From Candidatus Nitrospira inopinata (GTDB lineage: Bacteria > Nitrospirota > Nitrospiria > Nitrospirales > Nitrospiraceae): DNA of 32,000 nt. The notes beneath the pieces were generated by a model that saw only the letters and a list, made by a program, of their open reading frames with translations, did not search any database and had not been told where the DNA came from. The stretch is taken from contig NZ_LN885086.1 in assembly GCF_001458695.1 (NCBI RefSeq), forward strand, positions 2,910,001 through 2,942,000. Reading direction: 5' to 3'. The position numbers and the translations under genes are program-made. Below, one piece after another: positions 1-8,424 of the stretch; positions within the stretch are counted from its first letter, which is position 1, and each line of letters starts with the position of its first letter.

Positions 1-1
1 C

Positions 2-1498
2 TTTAGCGCGGACGGCCAGACCCATCGTTGGAACCCATTGGATGCGGTCGATCGGGACCCGAATCGCCGTGTAGGTGAGATCCAAGCCATCGGGCAGGTG
101 CTCTATCCCACGGAGCAGATCAAAGACGCCTTTTGGAATGAGTCTGCCCGCAACCTCTACCTCGGCCTGACCCTCTCTATCATGGAGACTCCCTCCTTAC
201 CCTGCAGTCTCGGAGAAGTGCTCCGCCAGGCCTCCGGCAAGGGTCAGCCCATCAAGGACTATCTGCAAGACCTCATTGCCACCAGAGCCAAGAGTGACGC
301 CCCGTTGAGCGACGACTGTACGGCGGCCCTACACCGGTTCTGCGCCACCAGCGAGAATACGATGGCGAGCATTCTCGCGACCCTGACCGCCCCACTCACC
401 ATCTTCAGTAATCCCATTGTCGATGCGGCGACGAGTGCGACGGATTTCGACCTGAAACAGATGCGCGCGCAGCGGATGTCGATCTATGTCGGCATCCCCG
501 CCAATCGGCTCAGCGATGCGGCGCTGCTGGTCAACCTGTTCTTCTCCCAACTGATTCACTACAACACCGTCGACTTGCCCGCGACGAATCCCCGCTTGAG
601 GCACCAGTGCCTCGTGATCCTGGATGAGTTCCCTGCCCTCGGGCGGGTCAATATTCTCGCCAAGGCCGTCGGCTTCATGGCCGGCTACAATCTACGTCTG
701 CTCCCGATCATTCAGAGCCTCTCCCAGCTCGAATCGGTCTACGGGGAAAAGGACGCGCGCACCTTCGTCACGAACCATGCCTGCCAGATCCTCTTTGCGC
801 CTCGCGAACAACGAGATGCGCAGCACTATTCCCAGATGTTGGGCACCTATACGGCCGAGGCGATCTCGACCGGCACGAGCCGACCCCTCGCCTGGGGAAG
901 CGGTAAGCAGGCCTCATCCAGTTCCACCCACTCCGAACAAGCACGGTCTCTGCTGCTACCACAGGAATTGAAGGAACTGGGAGACCAGCGGGCGATCATC
1001 AACCTCATGCATACGAAGCCGATCCTCTGCGACAAGGCCCGCTTCTATGCCGAGCCGGTCTTCATCGATCGGTTGAAGCGCATCAGTCCGTTCCTTGCGT
1101 CGGTCGGGAAGCGGATGCCGACCCAAACGGAACTCGAAGAGGCGGCCTTTGTACGCCGAGAGCTGTCCGTGGAGATTCCCCGGCTCGATTTGGACCTCCA
1201 TCGCGCGAAGGTCGAAAGACGAGTGCGTCCAATACAACCAGATGAGCCGATGGACCTGTCGAAGCTGGCAATGGACCTCACCACCCTCCCGCCGGTCCTG
1301 GCGCACGACACACCGACGCCTGAAGAAGTGAACAATCTGGTCGATGCCTTTGTCGCCCAGCTGCAATGGACCGACAAGGTCGATGACGACATCTCAGAGA
1401 AGATGAGTTCCGTGAGGGAAGAAGGAAGAGCCCAGAGAACAGAGAGGAACGTTGATCGATCCTTGGTGGATCGAGACAGAGAAGAGAGGGACATATGA
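2..1498 (+). CDS. traG: Type IV secretion coupling protein (TraG/VirD4 family), 5'-truncated by the window edge
   Basis: The frame is open from position 2 (FSADGQTHRWNPLDAVD...). It has a Walker B-like motif LVILDEFPALGR and a conserved T4CP C-terminal region (QILFAPREQRDAQHYS, RSLLLPQELKEL). The stop overlaps the next gene's start (ATGA at 1495-1498). Confidence 0.85.
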   Translation, partial: FSADGQTHRWNPLDAVDRDPNRRVGEIQAIGQVLYPTEQIKDAFWNESARNLYLGLTLSIMETPSLPCSLGEVLRQASGKGQPIKDYLQDLIATRAKSDAPLSDDCTAALHRFCATSENTMASILATLTAPLTIFSNPIVDAATSATDFDLKQMRAQRMSIYVGIPANRLSDAALLVNLFFSQLIHYNTVDLPATNPRLRHQCLVILDEFPALGRVNILAKAVGFMAGYNLRLLPIIQSLSQLESVYGEKDARTFVTNHACQILFAPREQRDAQHYSQMLGTYTAEAISTGTSRPLAWGSGKQASSSSTHSEQARSLLLPQELKELGDQRAIINLMHTKPILCDKARFYAEPVFIDRLKRISPFLASVGKRMPTQTELEEAAFVRRELSVEIPRLDLDLHRAKVERRVRPIQPDEPMDLSKLAMDLTTLPPVLAHDTPTPEEVNNLVDAFVAQLQWTDKVDDDISEKMSSVREEGRAQRTERNVDRSLVDRDREERDI

Positions 1499-2472
1499 CG
1501 ACATCTATGAAAAGACAGGCGCGACTTCATGTGCTTGTGATTCTGATCGCCTGCACCACTACGCTGGCTTGTGTGCAGAAACCAGTCGTGCCATCCGGTG
1601 CGGCTCGCGTGCCCATCAACAGCGACGAGCTGATTCAGCAATACCGCGAGCGGGTGAAGAGCGACCAGCGCGAGAAGCAGGAGCGGAGTCTCCTCACCAG
1701 GCAGCTGGACAGCCTCACCCAACAGGTCCAGGAGTTGAATACCGCACTGACGCTCGTTCAACTCCAACAGCAAGAACTGGCCAAGGGCAAATCTCGGTTT
1801 AGCCCCACGATGACAAAAACAGCACTTACGAGCAACCCACTTTCCCCAGAGTCGAGAGGGCCACTGACGAACACCCCGCTACCCGGTGAAGGTGACAATT
1901 CTCCGTCTACCTCTGATCAGAGCCTGTCACGGACCGAGGCAACGCAGAGTGAAGAGGAGCGATCAACCTCGGTGGGGCCAGCTTGCAGCGCTGGACCATC
2001 AGCAGCACCATCCCCCTCCCCTCCACATCAGATACACAAAGAGCAGAACGGCTCGTGGAGGCCGCGCGTTGTTGAATTGAGTGAACGAGAACAGGTCGAA
2101 TTACATCACCACAGTATCATCTTCCGTGTGTCGGAACGGACAGGTCGGTCTGAGTTTCATCCCAGCAAGCCTCTGCAATCCCACCTGAAACAGATCATGA
2201 GCCGTGGTCCTTGCCTCCATGTGCGCGGGTACACGGACGGAGACAAGGATCTCTGGATCGAACGTGAGACAGCCAAGCAGCGGGCGTACAAGGCCCGCGC
2301 CTATCTCATCGCGCAGGGCTATGACGCAAACCACATCGAGATCACCATCGTCCCGATCGGGGAACATGTGGCCGACAATGCGACGAAGAAAGGTCGGGCA
2401 AAGAACCGACGGGTGGAGATTGAAGTGAAGGAGCAGAATCCGGCGTCCATCTGGCCACAATGGTACGGATAG
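1495..2472 (+). CDS. OmpA-family lipoprotein (peptidoglycan-binding C-terminal domain)
   Basis: ATG with an upstream purine-rich RBS. Lipoprotein signal VLVILIACTTTLAC. A low-complexity P/S-rich linker. C-terminal OmpA-like motifs VRGYTDGDKD...AKQRAYKARAYL...NRRVEIEV. Confidence 0.8.
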   Translation: MTTSMKRQARLHVLVILIACTTTLACVQKPVVPSGAARVPINSDELIQQYRERVKSDQREKQERSLLTRQLDSLTQQVQELNTALTLVQLQQQELAKGKSRFSPTMTKTALTSNPLSPESRGPLTNTPLPGEGDNSPSTSDQSLSRTEATQSEEERSTSVGPACSAGPSAAPSPSPPHQIHKEQNGSWRPRVVELSEREQVELHHHSIIFRVSERTGRSEFHPSKPLQSHLKQIMSRGPCLHVRGYTDGDKDLWIERETAKQRAYKARAYLIAQGYDANHIEITIVPIGEHVADNATKKGRAKNRRVEIEVKEQNPASIWPQWYG

Positions 2473-2490
2473 GAGAGAGGAAGGGACACC

Positions 2491-3594
2491 ATGAATGAAA
2501 TAGGTGTAGACGAACCGCAAGAGACCAAGCGGGCCGATGAGCCGAAGCCTGCGGAAGGAATAAAGGACGAGGGTCCTGACCAACCAAGACTCAATCAACG
2601 TCGTGATGCCGCCGATTCCTTGCGGAAGCGCTTCATCGAAGCCGGCGAGCAATTCTATTACCGCACGGCGCCCGGTGAGCCCACGAAGATTGCGTTTACG
2701 GATCACGGGAGGCGCCTAGTCACGGAACATGAGGACCCAAGCGTCATTCAGGGGATGGTGCTCCGGGCGAAAGCCAAGGGTTGGACCACCGTGCGGGTGA
2801 ACGGCACCCCTGAGTTCAAAACGGAAGCCTGGGTGCAAGCGACGATCACCGGACTCGATGTGGAAGGCTATACGCCGCGTGGGATCGACTTAGCGCGAGC
2901 AGAAGACCGAAAAGATCACCGTCCGGTTCATGGCAAGACGGCACAGCACCCTGTCGATCGCGAAGCTTCGCATGATCGGGCGACTGATGATCATTTCAGA
3001 AGACCGGAAAAGACCTTGAGCGCCGGCCAACAGGTCGCGGTGGCTACACTTGAAGCCATTCTGAAGGCGCGGGGAGATTCTCCCACCATGATCGCTGCGG
3101 CCGTCGAGGAAGCGAAGGCGCGTTTGCAGGGTGAACGAGTCGTGGTGGGTACCGTCGTGGACCATGGTATCGATCACTACAACCACGATGTCCAGAACGC
3201 CAAGAGCCATTTCGTGAAGGTGGCGACAGACCGTGGTGAACAAGAGATCTGGGGCGTCGACTTGGGCCGCGCGTTTGAACAGGGGAAGGTGCAGCGCGGT
3301 GATGCAGTTGCGTTGGTGCAACAGGCCCATGAGCCAGTGACCGTCAAGGTCCCGGTACGGAATGATTCTGGTACATCAATCGGGACGGTTTCACAACCAG
3401 CGACTCGCAATCGCTGGGAGGTCATTAGACTGGACTCCATCGGGGTCCGTGAACAGCATCAACTGAAAGATGCCACACGGGTCGCAACTCAGGAGCCCGT
3501 GGTGCCGCGCTTTGACCACGCGGCGGCCCGAACCGATCGCACGCCGAATGTCACCAGGAGCCCTGTCTTAGAGCGGACCAGAGGTGGCCGGTGA
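2491..3594 (+). CDS. Conjugative-element protein with an LPD7-like (large polyvalent protein-associated) domain and a KfrB-like C-terminal domain
   Basis: Strong RBS aggagagaggaaggg before the ATG. The block FTDHGRRLVTEHEDPSVIQGMVLRAKAKGWTTVRVNGTPEFKTEAWVQATITGLDVEGYTP matches my memory of LPD7. The later block HFVKVATDRGEQEIWGVDLGRAFEQGKVQRGDAVAL resembles KfrB-type repeats. The family names are unverified. Confidence 0.65.
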   Translation: MNEIGVDEPQETKRADEPKPAEGIKDEGPDQPRLNQRRDAADSLRKRFIEAGEQFYYRTAPGEPTKIAFTDHGRRLVTEHEDPSVIQGMVLRAKAKGWTTVRVNGTPEFKTEAWVQATITGLDVEGYTPRGIDLARAEDRKDHRPVHGKTAQHPVDREASHDRATDDHFRRPEKTLSAGQQVAVATLEAILKARGDSPTMIAAAVEEAKARLQGERVVVGTVVDHGIDHYNHDVQNAKSHFVKVATDRGEQEIWGVDLGRAFEQGKVQRGDAVALVQQAHEPVTVKVPVRNDSGTSIGTVSQPATRNRWEVIRLDSIGVREQHQLKDATRVATQEPVVPRFDHAAARTDRTPNVTRSPVLERTRGGR

Positions 3595-3640
3595 CTCATG
3601 TCGTCGAGAACATGTCCCCGAATCGTACGGAGGTGAGCCC

Positions 3641-3919
3641 ATGAATTGGTGGAAGAGACGCGACTGGATCATGGTCCTTGTGGGAGTGGGCCTCCTCGTC
3701 ATGGCCCACGATGCACCGGCACAAACGGCGCCCAAAATATCCTTCTTGGAAGGCGACGCCAGGCTGGCCTGTGAATGTCTGCTATGCTTAGCAGCGGGCC
3801 CCCAGGCGCCGAAAGAATGTCAAGCCGCGCTCACCAAGTACTACATGATCCAGGCAGGGAGCCCCTTCAAAACCATGGTCATGCGAAGAAACTTCCTACA
3901 GCTCTGCCCCAAGCAATAG
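3641..3919 (+). CDS. TrbM/KikA/MpfK-family conjugal transfer protein (small secreted Cys-rich protein)
   Basis: ATG at 3641 is preceded by the RBS ggaggtg. Signal peptide WIMVLVGVGLLVMAHDAPAQ. Family-typical motif GDARLACECLLCLAAG...ECQAALTKYY...RRNFLQLCP. Confidence 0.75.
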   Translation: MNWWKRRDWIMVLVGVGLLVMAHDAPAQTAPKISFLEGDARLACECLLCLAAGPQAPKECQAALTKYYMIQAGSPFKTMVMRRNFLQLCPKQ

Positions 3920-4292
3920 TCCATTCAACAGGACTTCTAGCTATCAGCACGGCGCCTCCGGACGTGTGCCACAGAGTAGCCCTCGCCAAGGACAAGCCTC
4001 TCTCCCCAAATGCCGTTTTTGTACGCCTACGCTACGGTTAAATTACATACTAGTGTTAACTATTTCGTTATTTATACCTCATTAGTGCTACAGACTTAAA
4101 TTTTCCCCTCTTGCGTAGAATACCTCCTACCTCAAGGGGATGGTCTCAAAACCTGGTCTTCCTCATAAGTACCACGGCGCCACGCGCCTCCCGCATCTGC
4201 TGTCTGGGCCACGACACGGAGCAGAGGGGCGCTCGTGTGGCGCGAGGATTCCCGAGTCAACACCTATCGGAGGAAAGGAAGGACGCACCATT

Positions 4293-4925
4293 ATGCAGAA
4301 AGATCGATTAGCGACACTCACGATGGACATTGTCGTCAACCATCCAACTAAGCGCACGGCCCTCGACGCAGCCTATAGTCGGCTCAGTCCCTGGGCACAG
4401 TCCGAGTGGGACAGCGCAAGTGATGGCGTGTCCATCACCGAACGAGCAGCCCGCCTTGATCACTCGATCCGGGAACAGCGTCGCTGCGACGAGAGTCTGA
4501 TCGAACACATCTTTGCTGCCCTTAATGGACGAACTTTCGTGGTCCTCGACGCCACCTATTGCTTCATGACGCAACGGATGCTGGACCGGAAGACGGGACG
4601 CCGTATCCCTCCTGACGCGGTTCGGCGCTTTGCGTCACAACCCATCGCGAGTCTGCTCCTCAGCGCCCGCGCGCACCAGGATCTGAATCGGCGGGGCATC
4701 GACACGATCGGCGACCTCCTGCCCCATGCCTATGAATGGTTATCGCCGAAGCGCTTAGCACCGGGCAAACCGGTGATGAACGTCCGGCTTTCGGTGCGAC
4801 GTTGTCTACGGATTCTCGGCGTGGAGATTGTCTTTCCCGAGATCAGACAGCGGGCAATCTATTGCCCCTGCTGTGCGCACACCGAGACGGATGTGATGAA
4901 GATCGTCGCCTTGGCGGGTGTATGA
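4293..4925 (+). CDS. Hypothetical protein with an RpoA-alpha-CTD-like helix-hairpin-helix segment and a C-terminal CPCC motif
   Basis: ATG at 4293 is preceded by the RBS ggaggaaaggaagg. The segment IASLLLSARAHQDLNRRGIDTIGDLL resembles the alpha-CTD HhH (L.LS.R..N.L...GI.T.G.L). No other recognisable domain. Confidence 0.6.
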   Translation: MQKDRLATLTMDIVVNHPTKRTALDAAYSRLSPWAQSEWDSASDGVSITERAARLDHSIREQRRCDESLIEHIFAALNGRTFVVLDATYCFMTQRMLDRKTGRRIPPDAVRRFASQPIASLLLSARAHQDLNRRGIDTIGDLLPHAYEWLSPKRLAPGKPVMNVRLSVRRCLRILGVEIVFPEIRQRAIYCPCCAHTETDVMKIVALAGV

Positions 4926-5326
4926 GTCACTGTTGGAAAGATGCAATCATGTGGAATTCCTACGAGGCCGCGAAGAACGAGCAGAGCCATACACCAACAT
5001 TGTGGAAGAACTATAAGAGATACGGGAAGATCCTGTGGAACTGGTGAAAGACGCGGTGAAGGAACACCGCGGCGCGTATGTCTTGGGCATTACCGCAGCG
5101 AAGGGAATGCGTCTCTGACGATTCAAGCAGTACGGGATGCGCTACAGGTCGCGGACATATAAGCGTTGCCAGTTCCGTTTTGATTCGTCCGAAAGCATAG
5201 TTTAGAAGGCACCATCATCGCACACCAGTTATTGAATCACGTCGCATAATCTACTCGTTGAGCTGGACAGCACCTCCGTCCGGGAAGGGCCCAAGGCGGG
5301 GTGCGATTTTCGGAAGGTCATTCCGT

Positions 5327-6253
5327 TTACCGCTGCACCGGTTGCTGCTGCCGATGCAGGAAGTCGGCGGCGCGTTGCGCATGGGCTGCGGCGCGGAAGA
5401 TCGCGCACTTGTCGTTCTTCAGGACGGTGAGCCAGTGCGCGATATACGAAGCGTGATCCTCGCGCGGTGTCAAGGACAGTTCGAGGTCGGCGCACAGGAA
5501 GGCCGCACCCAGCTCAGCGACAAGTTCTTCCTCGGCATAGCCTTCGTCGCCCCATTTCTTTCGCCCGAACTCACGGGCCAGGCGCGAGGGGTGTTTGGTC
5601 CAATGCGTAGATTCATGAGCAAGAGTCGCGTAGTAACTGCCGGCGTCGGTGAACGCCTCGAACGGCGGCATCTGGATGTAATCGGGCTCCTGCGCGTAAT
5701 ACGCCCGCGTCCCGCCGCGCCGGATGTCGGCCTGGAGACTGCCGAAGAAGGTTTCCGCGTGCTCAATGCGTTGTATCGGCGAAAAGCGCGGTTCCGGCTT
5801 GACGTAATAATGGGCGGGCAGACCCTCGACCTGCTCGACGTTAAAGACCGTGTAGCCCTTCATGAAGTGGATTTCACGGTCGATTTCTTCGCCGGTTTCA
5901 CCATCGGTTTCCTTGCGCGTGATTGAATTCGCATAAACGACGAGGGAGCCTTTCTCGCCCTTGCGGACATGCGCGTTCAGCTCCAAGGCTTGCTTAAATG
6001 TCATCCAGATGGGGGCCGCGAAGCCTCCGGCCACGGCAGCGCTCCATAACATCAGGATATTGATGCCGGAATAGGGCACGCCATTGTGCCGCAAGGGGCG
6101 AGTGATCTTGCCTGCGGCGTGTTCAGCGTTCCACGGCTTCACCCATGTACGGACGCCCCGTTCAAGATCAGCCACAATTCGGTCGGTGACGCGGGTATAC
6201 ACGTCCTGCCGCGTGATCCCGTCTTTGTGATGGTTGCCGGTGCTGGTGTTCAT
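5327..6253 (-). CDS. ardC: ArdC-like antirestriction protein (N-terminal ssDNA-binding domain plus zincin metalloprotease domain)
   Basis: ATG at 6253 with the RBS aaaaggagga. N-terminal block VYTRVTDRIVADLERGVRTWVKPW...RPLRHNGVPYSGINILMLW. C-terminal HExxH site in YYATLAHESTHWTKH and the acidic block YAEEELVAELGAAFL. Confidence 0.85.
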   Translation of the reverse strand: MNTSTGNHHKDGITRQDVYTRVTDRIVADLERGVRTWVKPWNAEHAAGKITRPLRHNGVPYSGINILMLWSAAVAGGFAAPIWMTFKQALELNAHVRKGEKGSLVVYANSITRKETDGETGEEIDREIHFMKGYTVFNVEQVEGLPAHYYVKPEPRFSPIQRIEHAETFFGSLQADIRRGGTRAYYAQEPDYIQMPPFEAFTDAGSYYATLAHESTHWTKHPSRLAREFGRKKWGDEGYAEEELVAELGAAFLCADLELSLTPREDHASYIAHWLTVLKNDKCAIFRAAAHAQRAADFLHRQQQPVQR

Positions 6254-6984
6254 GATGTCCTCCTTTTCGATGTTGATGTTGGCTCTCTCACGAAAGCTGG
6301 AGAGCCAACTCAACCCGGCAGGAGAAAAGGAGGACGGCGCGAGCTGAACGGCGGGCGTGCCGGAGGGACCGATTTGCACAGGGTCAACCGTGACAGAGCT
6401 GCTTCAGCTCTGGCGCGGCCCGTGCGGGACCCCCGGCTGAAAAGCCCGCGGGGGCTGCTCGCACATCAGCACCAGGCGAACCGCATAGGAGGACAGGATT
6501 AGAAAAGATGAATCTCAGCCTGAATGAGAGGGAATAAGGGCAGCCAAAACGGCGCCAAGCAGATCGAAAGCCGTCTTTTCGTTCGATTTTTTGCACGGGT
6601 GGCGCTATAAAGGCAGGGCATCGGCTCAGGAAATGGGTTGATTTGCGATTTAGCAGTAGATCATCCAATACCCACACTGGATTTAAGGGAAAGCAGCTCG
6701 TTTATACCCACTACCTGACAGTTCCTTTCCGGCAGCTGAACGTGGATGCGAAGAAATCTTTCACGAAAGGCGAGAAGACAAGTCCTGTTAACCGAGTACC
6801 ATGAAACTGCTATGTCGCAGGGTACGGTCGACCTGAAGGACGGAAAGAGTCATGCTCTTTCGTTGACCATCTTGAAGGAAGGGGATTAGCGGGAGACTTA
6901 TAATCAGTTGAAGGGGGAGTACGCGCTTGTCTAGGAAGAGAGCCTTGATAATGGCTGTAATCGGACAGGTCGCATTCTGGTGAG

Positions 6985-8424
6985 ATGGAGAACCGCACAG
7001 CGATTTTCATCAGTCACGCCAATCCTGAGGACAACGAGTTTGCAATATGGCTCGGCGCTCATCTTAGCGCGGCAGGATATGAAGTGTGGGCTGATGTTCT
7101 CAAACTTCGCGGCGGAGAAGATTGGGCCCGGAAACTAGAGAAAGCTATGCGGGAAAACGCGCGCAAGGTGCTCCTGGTTGGAACAGCCAGCGGAGTTGAA
7201 AAACAGGGGGTTCGGAATGAAATTCAAATTGCGAGCGAAGTAGCGCGGATTATCCGCGATGACGCTTTCGTGATCCCTCTCAGACTTGAACCTTATCAGT
7301 CGCCCTTCCAGATTGTTCAGGCTCAATTCATTGATTTTATGAACGGGTGGGGCCAGGGACTGAGCTGCTTATTAGAAACGCTGGAAGGGTATAGCATCCC
7401 GCGGCATGAATCTATCCACGAGGAAAGTGTTCAGAACTGGCGAGGAGTCCAGCTAGCCAAATCGCGAACGATTCAGCAAGTACCTCAAACGCTGATTTCC
7501 AGCTGGCTGCGGATAGTCGAATGGCCTAATGCCATCAGATATTATGAGTTCCAGGGAACTGGAGCTGAAGATCAGGCGAAAGCGCTTTCAGCGCAGTCTG
7601 CATGGCCGATAAGTCTCTTTGGACGAGGATTTTTCGCCTTTGCCGACATCCAGAATTTCATCTGCGGTCAAGATGGCACGCCGCGACTATCACAGGAAAA
7701 GCAATGGTGGGTTCCACACTTCCTTGACAATGGTGATCAGGACAGGAGGATTGGCAAGCGAGAGGCAGAGAATATCGTTAGCAATTTAACGAAATTGGCG
7801 GTGGAAAAGAAACTAAGTGATAGCCAATTGGCACGCTATGATTTATCCGCAGGTGTTTCGGCGTGGTGGGTTCCAACAGGCCTAATTGCCGATGAAAAAG
7901 TGTCTTTCAAATGGCAGGAAGGTCCCTCAGGAAGGAGAAATCTGACTGGAGAAGTAACTTCAGGAACCAGAAAGCACAAATGGCATTATGGCATCTCTGT
8001 AAAGCCTAGGGTAAGCGACAACCCTCATGTGAAAATCATTTCCAGGGTCATCTTCTCAGAAGATGGCCTTATGGCCCTGGATGACGCCAAGGCGATGCAC
8101 CGCCTGCGACGTTCCGTTCCGAAATCCTGGCGGAATGATCGTTGGAGGGACATGTTACTGGCGTTCCTCTACTGGTTGGGCAAAGGAGAGCGACACATAG
8201 TTTTTTCTACAGGGTCATCATCGGGCATTAAGGTGGAAGTGCCGCCTATTTCTATGGTGTGCCCGGTTAGCATCAAGGCAGAAGAAACGGGAATGACTGA
8301 ATATATCGATGCAGAAGCCGATGATCCGGTTTTCGCCGCTAGCTTCGATGACGAAGACACTGAGGAAACTGAAAACGTGATCGAGTCAGATGATGAGGGA
8401 CGACCACTGCAGGGAAGAGATTAA
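6985..8424 (+). CDS. TIR-APAZ protein (SPARTA effector subunit; predicted NAD(P)+ hydrolase)
   Basis: N-terminal TIR signature AIFISHANPEDNEFAIWLGAHLSAAGYEVWADV. Candidate catalytic Glu E79 in GVRNEIQIA (codon 7219-7221). APAZ-like remainder with KWHYGIS...SWRNDRWRDMLLAFLYWL. Acidic C-terminal tail. The stop overlaps the pAgo start (TAATG). Confidence 0.9.
   Translation: MENRTAIFISHANPEDNEFAIWLGAHLSAAGYEVWADVLKLRGGEDWARKLEKAMRENARKVLLVGTASGVEKQGVRNEIQIASEVARIIRDDAFVIPLRLEPYQSPFQIVQAQFIDFMNGWGQGLSCLLETLEGYSIPRHESIHEESVQNWRGVQLAKSRTIQQVPQTLISSWLRIVEWPNAIRYYEFQGTGAEDQAKALSAQSAWPISLFGRGFFAFADIQNFICGQDGTPRLSQEKQWWVPHFLDNGDQDRRIGKREAENIVSNLTKLAVEKKLSDSQLARYDLSAGVSAWWVPTGLIADEKVSFKWQEGPSGRRNLTGEVTSGTRKHKWHYGISVKPRVSDNPHVKIISRVIFSEDGLMALDDAKAMHRLRRSVPKSWRNDRWRDMLLAFLYWLGKGERHIVFSTGSSSGIKVEVPPISMVCPVSIKAEETGMTEYIDAEADDPVFAASFDDEDTEETENVIESDDEGRPLQGRD

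Noticed and set aside
1045-1773. Minus-strand 242-aa ORF across the traG/ompA-like junction, plus other small antisense ORFs in 329-1366
   Set aside because: They are antisense to two well-supported, translationally coupled genes. Their composition is S/R-rich and non-protein-like.
4922-5162. Small ORFs after the 4293-4925 gene (41 aa at 4922-5047; 73 aa at 4941-5162)
   Set aside because: They are short and overlapping, with no RBS or recognisable motif. Coupling by the ATGA overlap at 4922 is suggestive but insufficient.
5258-5926. Plus-strand 222-aa ORF inside ardC
   Set aside because: It is antisense to a gene with clear ArdC motifs, and it has no RBS or recognisable domain.
6494-6592. 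AGGAGG plus a 9-codon mini-ORF (6508-6537), followed by a weak hairpin (atcgaa/ttcgat) and a T6 run, as a small transcription unit or attenuator
   Set aside because: The RBS-to-ATG spacing is about 15 nt, which is too long. The stem is only 6 bp and AT-rich, and no plus-strand gene lies upstream. It is too weak to call without expression data.
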